Source: Deltaproteobacteria bacterium (lineage in GTDB: Bacteria; Desulfobacterota; GWC2-55-46; S146-80). Taken from it: DNA of 48,831 nt. A program made the position numbers and the translations under genes. This document shows positions 1 through 7,972 of the stretch, piece after piece; the stretch's first letter is position 1, and each line of letters starts with the position of its first letter. Below the pieces are notes generated by a model. It was not told the DNA's origin and ran no database searches. It saw only the letters and a list, made by a program, of their open reading frames with translations. The DNA is taken from the NCBI GenBank assembly GCA_015492305.1, contig WGFJ01000023.1, positions 1 to 48,831 on the forward strand, written 5' to 3'.

Positions 1-770
1 ACAGAGGGGTTTACAGCCACCGAGAGGTTTGCCGGAAGTGTCCAGGGTGTGGTGGTCCAGATGAGGATGTAGCCCTTAAGCCCCCTCAGATGATCAAAGG
101 GCTCTCCCTCGGGCAAGGTGAGGAGGGGGAACTTCACATAGATGGAAGGTGATTCCTTCTCCTCGTATTCCACCTCTGCCTCGGCAAGGGCGGTCATGCA
201 GGATGCACACCAGTGAACGGGCTTTTTCCCCCTGTAGACAAGACCCCTTTCCACAAACCTTCCGAACTCCTTAAGGATGGTGGCTTCGTACCCGTAGTCC
301 ATGGTGAGGTAAGGTCTCTCCCATGTCCCGAAGACACCGAGCCTCTTGAACTCCTCCTTCTGTATCTCCACATACCTCTGGGCATACTCCCTGCATCTCT
401 TCCTTATCTCCACCTTCCCTATCCCGGCCTTCCTTCCACCAAGGGCCCTGTCAACCTGCAGCTCGATGGGAAGGCCGTGGCAATCCCAGCCAGGCACAAA
501 CTTCACATAGTGACCTGACATGGTCTTTACCCTGCAGACTATGTCCTTGAGGATCTTGTTCAGGGCGTGTCCGATGTGGATGGAGCCGTTTGCATAGGGA
601 GGACCATCGTGAAGGATGTACTTTGGCCTTCCCTTCCTTGCTTCAAGTATCCTTTCGTATAGCCTTTCCCCCTCCCACCTCTTGAGGATCTCTGGCTCTG
701 TCCTTGGGAGGTTTGCCTTCATGGGAAAGGCCGTCTTTGGTAGGTTCAGGGTATCCTTGTAATCTGCCAT
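1..770 (-). CDS. ileS: isoleucyl-tRNA synthetase, N-terminal ~256 codons (gene continues past window start)
   Basis: Absent from the ORF track because it is truncated. Reverse-strand translation from ATG 770-768 gives [33 protein letters not shown]...[23 protein letters not shown]...[11 protein letters not shown]. This is the class I HIGH motif and a typical IleRS N-terminus. Confidence 0.93.
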   Translation of the reverse strand, partial: MADYKDTLNLPKTAFPMKANLPRTEPEILKRWEGERLYERILEARKGRPKYILHDGPPYANGSIHIGHALNKILKDIVCRVKTMSGHYVKFVPGWDCHGLPIELQVDRALGGRKAGIGKVEIRKRCREYAQRYVEIQKEEFKRLGVFGTWERPYLTMDYGYEATILKEFGRFVERGLVYRGKKPVHWCASCMTALAEAEVEYEEKESPSIYVKFPLLTLPEGEPFDHLRGLKGYILIWTTTPWTLPANLSVAVNPS

Positions 771-783
771 GTGGCTCTCCCCT

Positions 784-1026
784 TTACTGGAGTCTATACT
801 TCTCTCTCAGGAGCCTCTGGAACTTTGGCTTGTAAATGAGGTCATAGGCCTCTTCCTTCCCTGGAAAGAGCCTCAAGGCGGCCTCCCTTGTGCTTGCCAC
901 AAGCCTTGAGGCCTCTTCAAAGGGTATGTCTGACTGGGCTATAACACTCATGGTAAGGTTCACTATAAAGCGGAGGTGCCGGATCTTTCTGTCCTCTTCC
1001 TTTATGGCCTTTTCCAGGTCATCCAT
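784..1026 (-). CDS. small hypothetical protein (80 aa) immediately upstream of ileS
   Basis: ORF-track ORF on the same strand, ending 13 nt before the ileS ATG. No motif recognised. Confidence 0.5.
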   Translation of the reverse strand: MDDLEKAIKEEDRKIRHLRFIVNLTMSVIAQSDIPFEEASRLVASTREAALRLFPGKEEAYDLIYKPKFQRLLREKYRLQ

Positions 1027-1107
1027 GGTGTTTCCTCCCGGGATTTTTGCAGTTCTTAAAAGATAACATTAAAGGCCTCTTTTCTTCAAGCCCAAAGCCG
1101 TTGTTTG

Positions 1108-1137
1108 TTGACAAGGGTGGTGAGACTTTGCTATCCT
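1108..1137 (+). promoter_or_regulatory. sigma70-like promoter of the thi operon
   Basis: TTGACA (1108-1113), 18-nt spacer, TATCCT (1132-1137). The predicted start lies just 5' of riboswitch stem P1. Confidence 0.5.
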
Positions 1138-1145
1138 AATCGAAA

Positions 1146-1236
1146 ACCGCGGGGGAGCCGGGAGGCTGAGAAATCCTGCTTGAGGCAGGATGACCCTTTG
1201 AACCTGACCTGGGTAATACCAGCGTAGGGAAGCGGT
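1146..1236 (+). promoter_or_regulatory. TPP (THI-box) riboswitch aptamer
   Basis: GGGGAGCC...GCTGAGAAATCC...ACCCTTTGAACCTGACCTGGGTAATACCAGCGTAGGGAA matches the conserved THI-box (CUGAGA, ACCUGAUCUGGAUAAUGCCAGCGUAGGGAA). It is closed by P1 ACCGC/GCGGT and sits directly upstream of thiamine genes. Confidence 0.9.
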
Positions 1237-1263
1237 AAAGTAAGGATGCTTCTACCCTTCCTA

Positions 1264-1291
1264 CCCACCCAGCAGGGTGGTTTCCCTTTTC
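1264..1291 (+). terminator. riboswitch expression-platform terminator hairpin
   Basis: CCACCC-AGCA-GGGTGG stem-loop followed by TTTCCCTTTT. It lies between the aptamer and the thiH RBS (AGGAGA 1314-1319). Confidence 0.55.
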
Positions 1292-1326
1292 TCCCCTCTC
1301 AAGGCCCCCTTAACAGGAGATAGAAG

Positions 1327-2691
1327 ATGGAAGCCCCCTTTGTTGCAGACCTTTTGAAAGGGTTCCCGGAGGCAACCCCTCCCTCTCCACAGGAGGTAGA
1401 GGATATACTGGATAAGGGAAAGGAGCTTAAAGGCCTTTCCCCTGGTGAGGCCTTTAAACTCCTGAGTGTAAACGATGGGGAGATCCGTCGTCTCATCGGT
1501 TCTGTGGCAGGATGGGTCAAGGAGAGGATCTACGGGAAGAGGGTTGTCCTCTTTGCCCCCCTCTATCTTTCCAACTACTGCCTTAATGACTGTGTATACT
1601 GTGGGTTCAGGGCCGGAAACAGGGAGGCAAAGAGGAAGGCCCTTTCCCTGGAGGAGGCGGTGGAAGAGGCAAGGGCCCTTGAGAAGAGGGGTTACAAGAG
1701 GGCCCTTCTTGTCATAGGAGAGGATGAAAGGCGTTACGACCTTGAAAGCCTCTTGAAGACCATAAGGGCCATCTACAGGGAGACGGGTATAAGGATACTC
1801 CACCTGAATGCCCCTCCCATGGAGGTTGAAGACTTCAGGAGGCTGAGGGATGCAGGGATCGGGGTCTACCAGCTCTTCCAGGAGACCTACCACAGGCAGA
1901 CTTACAGTGCCATGCACAGGGGGGGAAGGAAGAGGGACTACCTCTACAGGCTTACAGCCATGGACAGGGCGATCGAGGGTGGGTTCAAGGATGTGGGTAT
2001 CGGGGTTCTCCTTGGTCTTTACGACTACAGGTTCGATGTGGCCTCCCTCATAGCCCATTCATGGTATCTCTACAGGAGATACGGGACCCATGCCCACACC
2101 ATCTCCCTCCCAAGGCTGAGACCTGCACCAGGTGCGATCCTGAAGTCGCCTCCTTATCCGGTAACGGATGAGGATCTGAAACACATCGTTTCCGTCTGTC
2201 GCATCTCCCTGCCATCGGTGGGGATAGTCATATCCACACGGGAGCCAAAGGACCTGAGGGATGAGCTGATAAAGGTCGGTGTATCCCAGATAAGTGCAGG
2301 GTCAAGGACAGAGCCCGGGGGATACGCGAGGGGAAGGTCCTTTGAGAGGCAGTTCGACATCTTTGATGCAAGACCCCTCGAAGAGGTGATAGAGGCGATC
2401 ATAAGGGAAGGCCTCATGCCAAGCCTGTGCACAAGCTGTTACAGGGTTGGAAGGGAGGGTAAGGTCTTTACCGAGAAGACCCTCAGAGGGGAGATAAAGA
2501 CCTTCTGTCACCTCAATGCCATCCTCACCCTCAAGGAGTACCTCCTCGATTCTGCCGGTAACGGGGTGAGGCAGAAGGGTGAAGAGGTGATAAGAAAGGG
2601 GATAGAGGAGATTGAGGATGAAGGGCTTAAGGAGGAGCTCATAAGGCGCCTTAAGGCCATTGAAGAGGGAAGGAGGGACCTCTTCTTCTGA
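1327..2691 (+). CDS. thiH: radical-SAM tyrosine lyase of the ThiH/HydG family (2-iminoacetate synthase by context)
   Basis: 454 aa. Carries APLYLSNYCLNDCVYCGF (CX3CX2C radical-SAM motif). The C-terminal CTSCYRVGREGKVFTEKTLRGEIKTFC is a CX2CX22C motif. The stop overlaps the thiS ATG (ATGA at 2689-2693). It is the first gene after the TPP riboswitch. Confidence 0.85.
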   Translation: MEAPFVADLLKGFPEATPPSPQEVEDILDKGKELKGLSPGEAFKLLSVNDGEIRRLIGSVAGWVKERIYGKRVVLFAPLYLSNYCLNDCVYCGFRAGNREAKRKALSLEEAVEEARALEKRGYKRALLVIGEDERRYDLESLLKTIRAIYRETGIRILHLNAPPMEVEDFRRLRDAGIGVYQLFQETYHRQTYSAMHRGGRKRDYLYRLTAMDRAIEGGFKDVGIGVLLGLYDYRFDVASLIAHSWYLYRRYGTHAHTISLPRLRPAPGAILKSPPYPVTDEDLKHIVSVCRISLPSVGIVISTREPKDLRDELIKVGVSQISAGSRTEPGGYARGRSFERQFDIFDARPLEEVIEAIIREGLMPSLCTSCYRVGREGKVFTEKTLRGEIKTFCHLNAILTLKEYLLDSAGNGVRQKGEEVIRKGIEEIEDEGLKEELIRRLKAIEEGRRDLFF

Positions 2692-2891
2692 TGAAGATAA
2701 AGGTGAATGGAAAGGAGATGGATATAGACAGGGAGATCACCCTCTCTGACCTCCTTGAGAGGTTGGACATCATCCCCAGGGGGATAGCCGTGGAGGTGAA
2801 CAGGGAGATCGTCCCCAAGAGCCTCTACGGCGAGAAGGTCATAAAAGCAGGCGACATTATAGAGATAGTGAGGATGGTTGGAGGGGGATAG
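2691..2891 (+). CDS. thiS: sulfur-carrier protein ThiS
   Basis: 66 aa of ubiquitin-like size, ending ...VRMVGGG (C-terminal Gly-Gly). Located between thiH and thiG. Confidence 0.9.
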   Translation: MKIKVNGKEMDIDREITLSDLLERLDIIPRGIAVEVNREIVPKSLYGEKVIKAGDIIEIVRMVGGG

Positions 2892-2904
2892 AAAGGAGGA
2901 GAAC

Positions 2905-3675
2905 ATGGAGGATATCCTTGAGGTAGGTGGAAGGAGATTCAGATCAAGGCTTATGGTAGGAACAGGGAAGTACAGTTCCTACGATGTCATGGTCAAGGCC
3001 CTTGAGGAGTCAGGGGCAGAGGTGGTGACCGTTGCCATAAGGAGGGTGAACCTCGACAGGACAAAGGAGTCACTCCTGGACTACATCGATCCGAAGAGGT
3101 ACACCATCCTCCCCAACACAGCAGGGTGCTATACAGCCGAAGAGGCCATAAGGACAGCAAGGCTTGCAAGGGAGGCCCTTGATACGGACCTCATAAAACT
3201 GGAGGTGATCGGCGATGAGAAGACCCTCATGCCTGACAACGGGGCCCTCCTTGAGGCAGCAAAGGTCCTTGTCAAGGAAGGATTCACCGTCCTTCCCTAC
3301 ACAAATGATGATCCCGTTGTGGCAAAGAAGCTTGAGGATATAGGCTGCGCAGCGGTCATGCCCCTTGCAGCCCCCATAGGTTCCGGCCTTGGCATAAGGA
3401 ACCCTTACAACATAAGGATCATCCTTGAGACGGTGAAGGTCCCCGTGATCGTGGATGCCGGTGTTGGGACGGCATCAGATGCAGCCATAGCCATGGAACT
3501 TGGTTGCGATGGTGTCCTCATGAATACAGGCATTGCAGGTGCAAAGGACCCTGTGAAGATGGCAAGGGCCATGAGGCTTGCTGTGGAGGCTGGAAGGCTC
3601 GCATACCTTGCAGGGAGGATACCGAAGAAGCTCTACGCAAGTGCATCAAGCCCTGTAGAGGGGATTATAGAGTAG
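2905..3675 (+). CDS. thiG: thiazole synthase ThiG
   Basis: [23 protein letters not shown]...IKLEVIGD...[14 protein letters not shown]...[15 protein letters not shown] 2905 with GGAGGA at 2895-2900 is preferred over the track start at 2878, which overlaps thiS. Confidence 0.92.
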   Translation: MEDILEVGGRRFRSRLMVGTGKYSSYDVMVKALEESGAEVVTVAIRRVNLDRTKESLLDYIDPKRYTILPNTAGCYTAEEAIRTARLAREALDTDLIKLEVIGDEKTLMPDNGALLEAAKVLVKEGFTVLPYTNDDPVVAKKLEDIGCAAVMPLAAPIGSGLGIRNPYNIRIILETVKVPVIVDAGVGTASDAAIAMELGCDGVLMNTGIAGAKDPVKMARAMRLAVEAGRLAYLAGRIPKKLYASASSPVEGIIE

Positions 3676-4458
3676 ATGCATCCCGTCCTGTTCAAGCTCG
3701 GCCCCCTGGAGATAAGGTTCTATGGCCTCATGTATGTGGTTGCCATACTTGTGGGCCTCTACCTTATCAAGAGGGAGGTGAAAAGGAAGGCCATCCCCCT
3801 TTCCGATGAGGATGTGACCAACTTCGTCCTCTATGTGGTCTTTGGGGGGATCGTTGGTGCCAGGATCTACTATGTCATCTTCAACTGGGATTTTTACAGC
3901 TCCAACCCCCTTGAGATACCTGCTGTCTGGCACGGTGGTCTTGCCATACATGGTGGGCTCATAGGGGGGATAGGGGTGGCATACCTCTACCTGAAAAGGA
4001 GGGCCATACCCTTCTTGAGGATGGCCGATGCCGTTGCCCCTGCCATAATACTTGGGCAGGCCTTCGGGAGGTTCGGGAACTTCATGAACGGAGATGCTCA
4101 TGGGGTGCCAACAGACCTTCCATGGGGGATAACCTTTCCACCCGATAGCGTTGCAGGTGCGGACACGATCATGAAGTATGGGAAGAACCTTCCCCTCCAC
4201 CCGACGATGCTCTACGAGATGGTCCTGAACATATCCATTTTCCTCTTCCTGTGGTTCTATCTGAGGAAGCGCCCCTCAAAGGATGGCTTCATCTTTGTGG
4301 TATACCTCATCCTTTACTCCACAGGGAGGTTCTTCGTTGAGGCCTTCAGGGCGGATAGCCTCATGCTCGGCCCCTTCAGGGTTGCCCAGGTGGTGAGCAT
4401 CGCACTCATCCTTTCCGGCCTTTTCTACATGGTGAGGAGGCGGCTGTGGGAAGGATAG
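3676..4458 (+). CDS. lgt: prolipoprotein diacylglyceryl transferase
   Basis: 260-aa polytopic membrane protein with GPLEIRFYGLMYVVAILVG, GARIYYV, WHGGLAIHGGLIGG and GQAFGRFGNFMNGDAHG, which are typical Lgt signatures. Confidence 0.88.
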   Translation: MHPVLFKLGPLEIRFYGLMYVVAILVGLYLIKREVKRKAIPLSDEDVTNFVLYVVFGGIVGARIYYVIFNWDFYSSNPLEIPAVWHGGLAIHGGLIGGIGVAYLYLKRRAIPFLRMADAVAPAIILGQAFGRFGNFMNGDAHGVPTDLPWGITFPPDSVAGADTIMKYGKNLPLHPTMLYEMVLNISIFLFLWFYLRKRPSKDGFIFVVYLILYSTGRFFVEAFRADSLMLGPFRVAQVVSIALILSGLFYMVRRRLWEG

Positions 4459-5093
4459 ATTTCGACCTCTACCTCATAACCGACAGGCACCATACAGGGG
4501 GAAGGCCCCTCCTTGAGGTCCTCTCAAGGGCCTTTGAGGCAGGTGTCATGGCCATCCAGATAAGGGAGAAGGACCTTGGAGGGAGGGAGCTTCTCTCCCT
4601 TGCATCCTCCATCAGGAGTTCCATCCCCGGGGCAAGGCTCTTCGTGAATGACAGGGTCGATGTGGCCCTTGCTGCCTCAGCCGATGGTGTACACCTTGGG
4701 CAGCAGGGCATACCTGTAAGGGCTGTGAGGGAGAGGTTCAGGGATATCCTCATAGGTGCCTCCACCCACAGCCTTGATGAGGCCCTGAGAGCGGAGGAGG
4801 AGGGTGCGGACTTTGTGACCTTCGGGCCTGTCTTCTACACCCCTTCGAAGGTCCCCTATGGCCCACCCCTTGGTGTGGAGAGGCTTAAGAAGGTCACAGA
4901 GAGGGTGGGGATACCTGTCTTTGCCATAGGTGGCATCAAGAGGGAGAACGTAAAGGAGGTCATAGATGCAGGGGCCCATGGTGTGGCCCTTATCTCCGCT
5001 ATAATGGAGGCCCCCTGCGTGGAGGATGCAGCAAGGGGGATAATATCCGAGATAAAGAGATCGAAGAAAGGAGAGGACCATGACCTTGATTGA
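4446..5093 (+). CDS. thiE: thiamine-phosphate synthase
   Basis: GTG start at 4446. Contains DLYLITDR, IQIREKD, FVNDRVDVALA.ADGVHLGQ and FAIGGI, matching the ThiE TIM-barrel pattern. Confidence 0.88.
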   Translation: MGRIDFDLYLITDRHHTGGRPLLEVLSRAFEAGVMAIQIREKDLGGRELLSLASSIRSSIPGARLFVNDRVDVALAASADGVHLGQQGIPVRAVRERFRDILIGASTHSLDEALRAEEEGADFVTFGPVFYTPSKVPYGPPLGVERLKKVTERVGIPVFAIGGIKRENVKEVIDAGAHGVALISAIMEAPCVEDAARGIISEIKRSKKGEDHDLD

Positions 5094-6357
5094 AAGGATA
5101 AGGAAGGGGGAGATCCCGGATGAGGTGAGAAAGGTTGCCTCTGCCGAGGGTCTCGACATAAAGGATCTTACAGAAAAGATCAGGGCAGGGCGGGCAGTGA
5201 TCCCCCGGAACAGGAGGCACACTTCCATCGAGCCCCTTGGTATAGGGGAGGGCCTGAGGACGAAGATAAATGCCAACATCGGTTCTTCAGAGGACAGGGT
5301 TGATGTGGGAGAGGAGTTGAAGAAGCTTTCCGTTGCCGTTGATGCAGGGGCAGATACGGTTATGGATCTCAGCACAGGGGGTGAGATAGACCTCATAAGG
5401 AAGGAGATAATAGGGGCATCCCCTGTCCCTGTGGGAACGGTGCCCATCTACCAGGCGGCCCTTGAGGTCACAAGGCAGGGAAGGTCCTTTGTGGATATGG
5501 ACGAAGAGGAACTCTTTGAGACCATTGAGAGACACGGAGAGGACGGGGTGGACTTCATAACCGTCCACTGCGGCGTCACAAGGGCAAGCCTTGAGCGGTT
5601 GAGGAAGGAAGGGAGGGTCCTCGGGATAGTGAGCCGTGGAGGGGCCCTGACAGCGGAGTGGATGGAGAAGACCGGGAAGGAGAACCCCCTCTACGAGAAC
5701 TTCGACAGGCTCCTCAAGATAGCAAAGCGCTTTGACATGACCCTGAGCCTTGGTGATGGCCTGAGGCCTGGCTGTCTTGCCGATGCCACTGACAGGTGCC
5801 AGATAGAAGAGCTCATCACCCTCGGTGAACTGGCAAAGAAGGCCCTTGAGGAAGGGGTTCAGGTCATTGTGGAGGGGCCCGGTCATCTTCCCATAACCCA
5901 CATAGAGAGGAACATAAGGCTTCAGAAGGACCTATGCAACGGTGCTCCCTTCTATGTCCTCGGTCCCCTTGTGACCGACATTGCACCGGGATACGACCAC
6001 ATAACAGCCGCCATAGGAGGGGCCCTTGCAGGTGCCTATGGGGCGGACTTCCTGTGCTATGTTACCCCTACAGAGCACCTCGGACTTCCAGGGGTAGAGG
6101 ATGTGAGGGAGGGTGTCATTGCCTCGAAGATAGCAGCCCATGTGGCTGACATAGCCAAAGGGATAAAGGGTGCCATGGAGAGGGATCTTGCCATGGCAAG
6201 GGCAAGGAAGGCCCTTGACTGGGATGCTCAGATAAGGCTTTCCATAGATCCTGAGAGGTCGAGGAAGATAAGGGAAAGGAGCCTTCCCTCCGATGCCGAG
6301 GTCTGCACCATGTGTGGAAGCCTGTGTGCCATCAAGATATCGAGGTCAACCCTTTAG
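5080..6357 (+). CDS. thiC: phosphomethylpyrimidine synthase (short form)
   Basis: 425 aa with NANIGSS, DTVMDLSTGG, FITVHCGV, VSRGG, GPGH and YVTPTEHLGLP. The C-terminal CTMCGSLCAIK is the CX2CX4C cluster motif of ThiC. Confidence 0.93.
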   Translation: MTLIERIRKGEIPDEVRKVASAEGLDIKDLTEKIRAGRAVIPRNRRHTSIEPLGIGEGLRTKINANIGSSEDRVDVGEELKKLSVAVDAGADTVMDLSTGGEIDLIRKEIIGASPVPVGTVPIYQAALEVTRQGRSFVDMDEEELFETIERHGEDGVDFITVHCGVTRASLERLRKEGRVLGIVSRGGALTAEWMEKTGKENPLYENFDRLLKIAKRFDMTLSLGDGLRPGCLADATDRCQIEELITLGELAKKALEEGVQVIVEGPGHLPITHIERNIRLQKDLCNGAPFYVLGPLVTDIAPGYDHITAAIGGALAGAYGADFLCYVTPTEHLGLPGVEDVREGVIASKIAAHVADIAKGIKGAMERDLAMARARKALDWDAQIRLSIDPERSRKIRERSLPSDAEVCTMCGSLCAIKISRSTL

Positions 6358-7774
6358 AGTGGAAGACGACGACCGTGTTCTTCCCCTTGTTCTTGGCAGC
6401 GTAAAGGGCCTTGTCGGCATTTGTGATGAGGTCGTGGGAATTCCTCACCGTCTTGTCCGGGTATGAGGCCACCCCTATACTTACCGTGACCCCTTTGCCA
6501 GGGGGTAGATCATCAAAGGAGAGGTCCTCAATTACCTGCCGTATCCTCTCCGCCTCCCTCACGGCCCCCTGGAGGTCTGTGTGGGGCATGAGGATAACGA
6601 ACTCTTCACCGCCGTAACGGGCAAAGACATCCGTCTTCCTTATGGCCTTCTTTACGGCAAGGGCCATTTCCTTCAGCACCTTGTCCCCTGTAAGGTGGCC
6701 ATAGGTATCGTTTATGCTTTTGAAGTTGTCTATGTCCATCATGAGACAGGAAAGGTTGAGGCCGTATCTCTCGGCCCTTCCGAACTCCTCATCGAGTCTC
6801 ACGTAGAAGTAGCTGTGGTTGAAGGTGTCTGTGAGCTGGTCGGTAATGGCCAGGATCTCAAGCCGCCTCTTTTCCTCTTCCACCATCTTGTAAAGGTAGG
6901 CGTTCCTCAGGGCGTAGAATGAGGCATTCGCCACCACCTGGCAGAAGTTTATCTCCTGTTTTGTGAAGCTCCTTGCCCGTCTCCTCACCCTCAGGAAGAG
7001 GGTTCCAAGGACCTCTTCCTCCCAGAAGATAGGCACTACAAGGACGCTTACCCCGTGGAGGTCCTTTATAAGCTCCTTTACCTCCTTCATCAGGGGATGG
7101 TCGGAGAGGTCGTCTATTACAAGCGCCTCCTTTGTCTCAAGGACCCTTTTGATCTCCGGGTACCTTTTCAGGTCTATGGCAAGGCCCTTTATATCTGGAT
7201 TGTCATGGGAGGCCATTATGTATCCCATGTCCTTTACCTTATCGATGAGTATGATGGAAGACCTCTCTGCACTGGTGATCTCTGCAACCCTCTTTACAAT
7301 GGTGTCGAGGATCTCGTTTGTGTTCAGGGTGGCCGAAAGGGACCGGGTGATCTCCAGTGTGATGGCAAGGTTTCTCCTGTCCTCCTCCAGTTCCAGAAAC
7401 ATCTTCCTTGCCCTGAGCTGGGAACGTAGCCTTGCCGTCAGTTCCATCTCATCGATGGGTTTGGCAACAAAGTCATCCGCCCCGAGGTTGAGGGCCTTGG
7501 CCACGGTCCTTTTATCATCCTTTGAGGATATGGCTATTATCGGGACCCCTTTCAGTTCATCCATGCTCCTGAGGATCCTTACAACCTCAAGACCATCCAG
7601 GGTGGGCATCACCAGGTCAAGGAGTATGGCATCTGGACGGACCCTTCTTACCGATTTTATTGCCTCTTCTCCACTCTTGGTCTGCCATACCCTGTAACCA
7701 CAGGATCCAAGGAAGCTGGCAAGGTATTCCCTGCAGACCTGATCGTCATCAACGATAAGTATATTCTCCCCCAT
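6332..7774 (-). CDS. response-regulator receiver - GAF - GGDEF diguanylate cyclase
   Basis: The receiver shows ILIVDDD...DAILLDLVMPTLDG...KP, followed by a central GAF-like region. The C-terminus reads RKTDVFARYGGEEF, an RxxD I-site 5 residues before GGEEF. ATG 7774 with GGAGGG RBS is preferred over TTG 7801. The 3' end overlaps thiC convergently. Confidence 0.88.
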   Translation of the reverse strand: MGENILIVDDDQVCREYLASFLGSCGYRVWQTKSGEEAIKSVRRVRPDAILLDLVMPTLDGLEVVRILRSMDELKGVPIIAISSKDDKRTVAKALNLGADDFVAKPIDEMELTARLRSQLRARKMFLELEEDRRNLAITLEITRSLSATLNTNEILDTIVKRVAEITSAERSSIILIDKVKDMGYIMASHDNPDIKGLAIDLKRYPEIKRVLETKEALVIDDLSDHPLMKEVKELIKDLHGVSVLVVPIFWEEEVLGTLFLRVRRRARSFTKQEINFCQVVANASFYALRNAYLYKMVEEEKRRLEILAITDQLTDTFNHSYFYVRLDEEFGRAERYGLNLSCLMMDIDNFKSINDTYGHLTGDKVLKEMALAVKKAIRKTDVFARYGGEEFVILMPHTDLQGAVREAERIRQVIEDLSFDDLPPGKGVTVSIGVASYPDKTVRNSHDLITNADKALYAAKNKGKNTVVVFHSKGLTSIS

Positions 7775-7794
7775 TGTCCCTCCATCCCTTTGGC

Positions 7795-7823
7795 TTGACA
7801 ATAGATCGGTATATCTTTAAGAT
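7795..7823 (+). promoter_or_regulatory. candidate promoter for tRNA-Thr
   Basis: TTGACA (7795-7800), 17-nt spacer, TAAGAT (7818-7823), about 35 nt upstream of the tRNA. Confidence 0.45.
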
Positions 7824-7850
7824 AATAGCAGCAAATTTGCTGTGATGCAA
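7822..7850 (-). promoter_or_regulatory. candidate promoter for the diguanylate cyclase gene, with a palindrome in the spacer
   Basis: Minus strand reads TTGCAT (7850-7845), 17-nt spacer, TATTAT (7827-7822). The spacer contains the perfect 14-bp palindrome CAGCAAATTTGCTG (7829-7842). Confidence 0.45.
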
Positions 7851-7858
7851 GTCCATAC

Positions 7859-7930
7859 GCCGGTGTAGCTCAGCGGTAGAGCAGCTGATTCGTAATCAGC
7901 AGGTCAGGGGTTCGAATCCCCTCACCGGCT
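7859..7930 (+). tRNA. tRNA-Thr (anticodon CGU)
   Basis: The cloverleaf reads acceptor GCCGGTG/CACCGGC, D arm GCTC-AGCGGTA-GAGC, anticodon arm GCTGA-TTCGTAA-TCAGC, and T arm AGGGG-TTCGAAT-CCCCT. No CCA is encoded. Confidence 0.93.
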
Positions 7931-7932
7931 TC
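7886..7932 (+). repeat. attL core (part of the functional tRNA-Thr)
   Basis: TGATTCGTAATCAGCAGGTCAGGGGTTCGAATCCCCTCACCGGCTTC. It runs from the anticodon stem to 2 nt past the discriminator base. Confidence 0.85.
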
Positions 7933-7972
7933 AAGGAAAATCAAGGACTTACAGGTTTTGCTCATTTCCTTT

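Noticed and set aside
1261-2058. Long antisense ORFs opposite real genes (e.g. 1261-2058, 4677-5447, 5287-5901, 31645-32247, 35413-36156, 36708-37493, 41329-42024, 43810-44508, 45404-46066)
   Set aside because: Each overlaps a gene with clear family motifs on the other strand. The purine-rich codon bias (AGG/GAG/AAG) depletes stop codons on the antisense strand. The translated products are Pro/Leu/Gly-rich with no motifs.
7775-7801. Longer starts from the ORF track for several genes (TTG 7801 cyclase, 9082 integrase, 13879 primase, 2878 thiG, 18607 ade, 35314 LuxR, 36618 rnr, 41353 aroE, 30965 ubiG)
   Set aside because: In each case a downstream ATG (or GTG) has a properly spaced GGAGG-type RBS, or yields the canonical family N-terminus. 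The extension overlaps the neighbouring gene or lacks an RBS.
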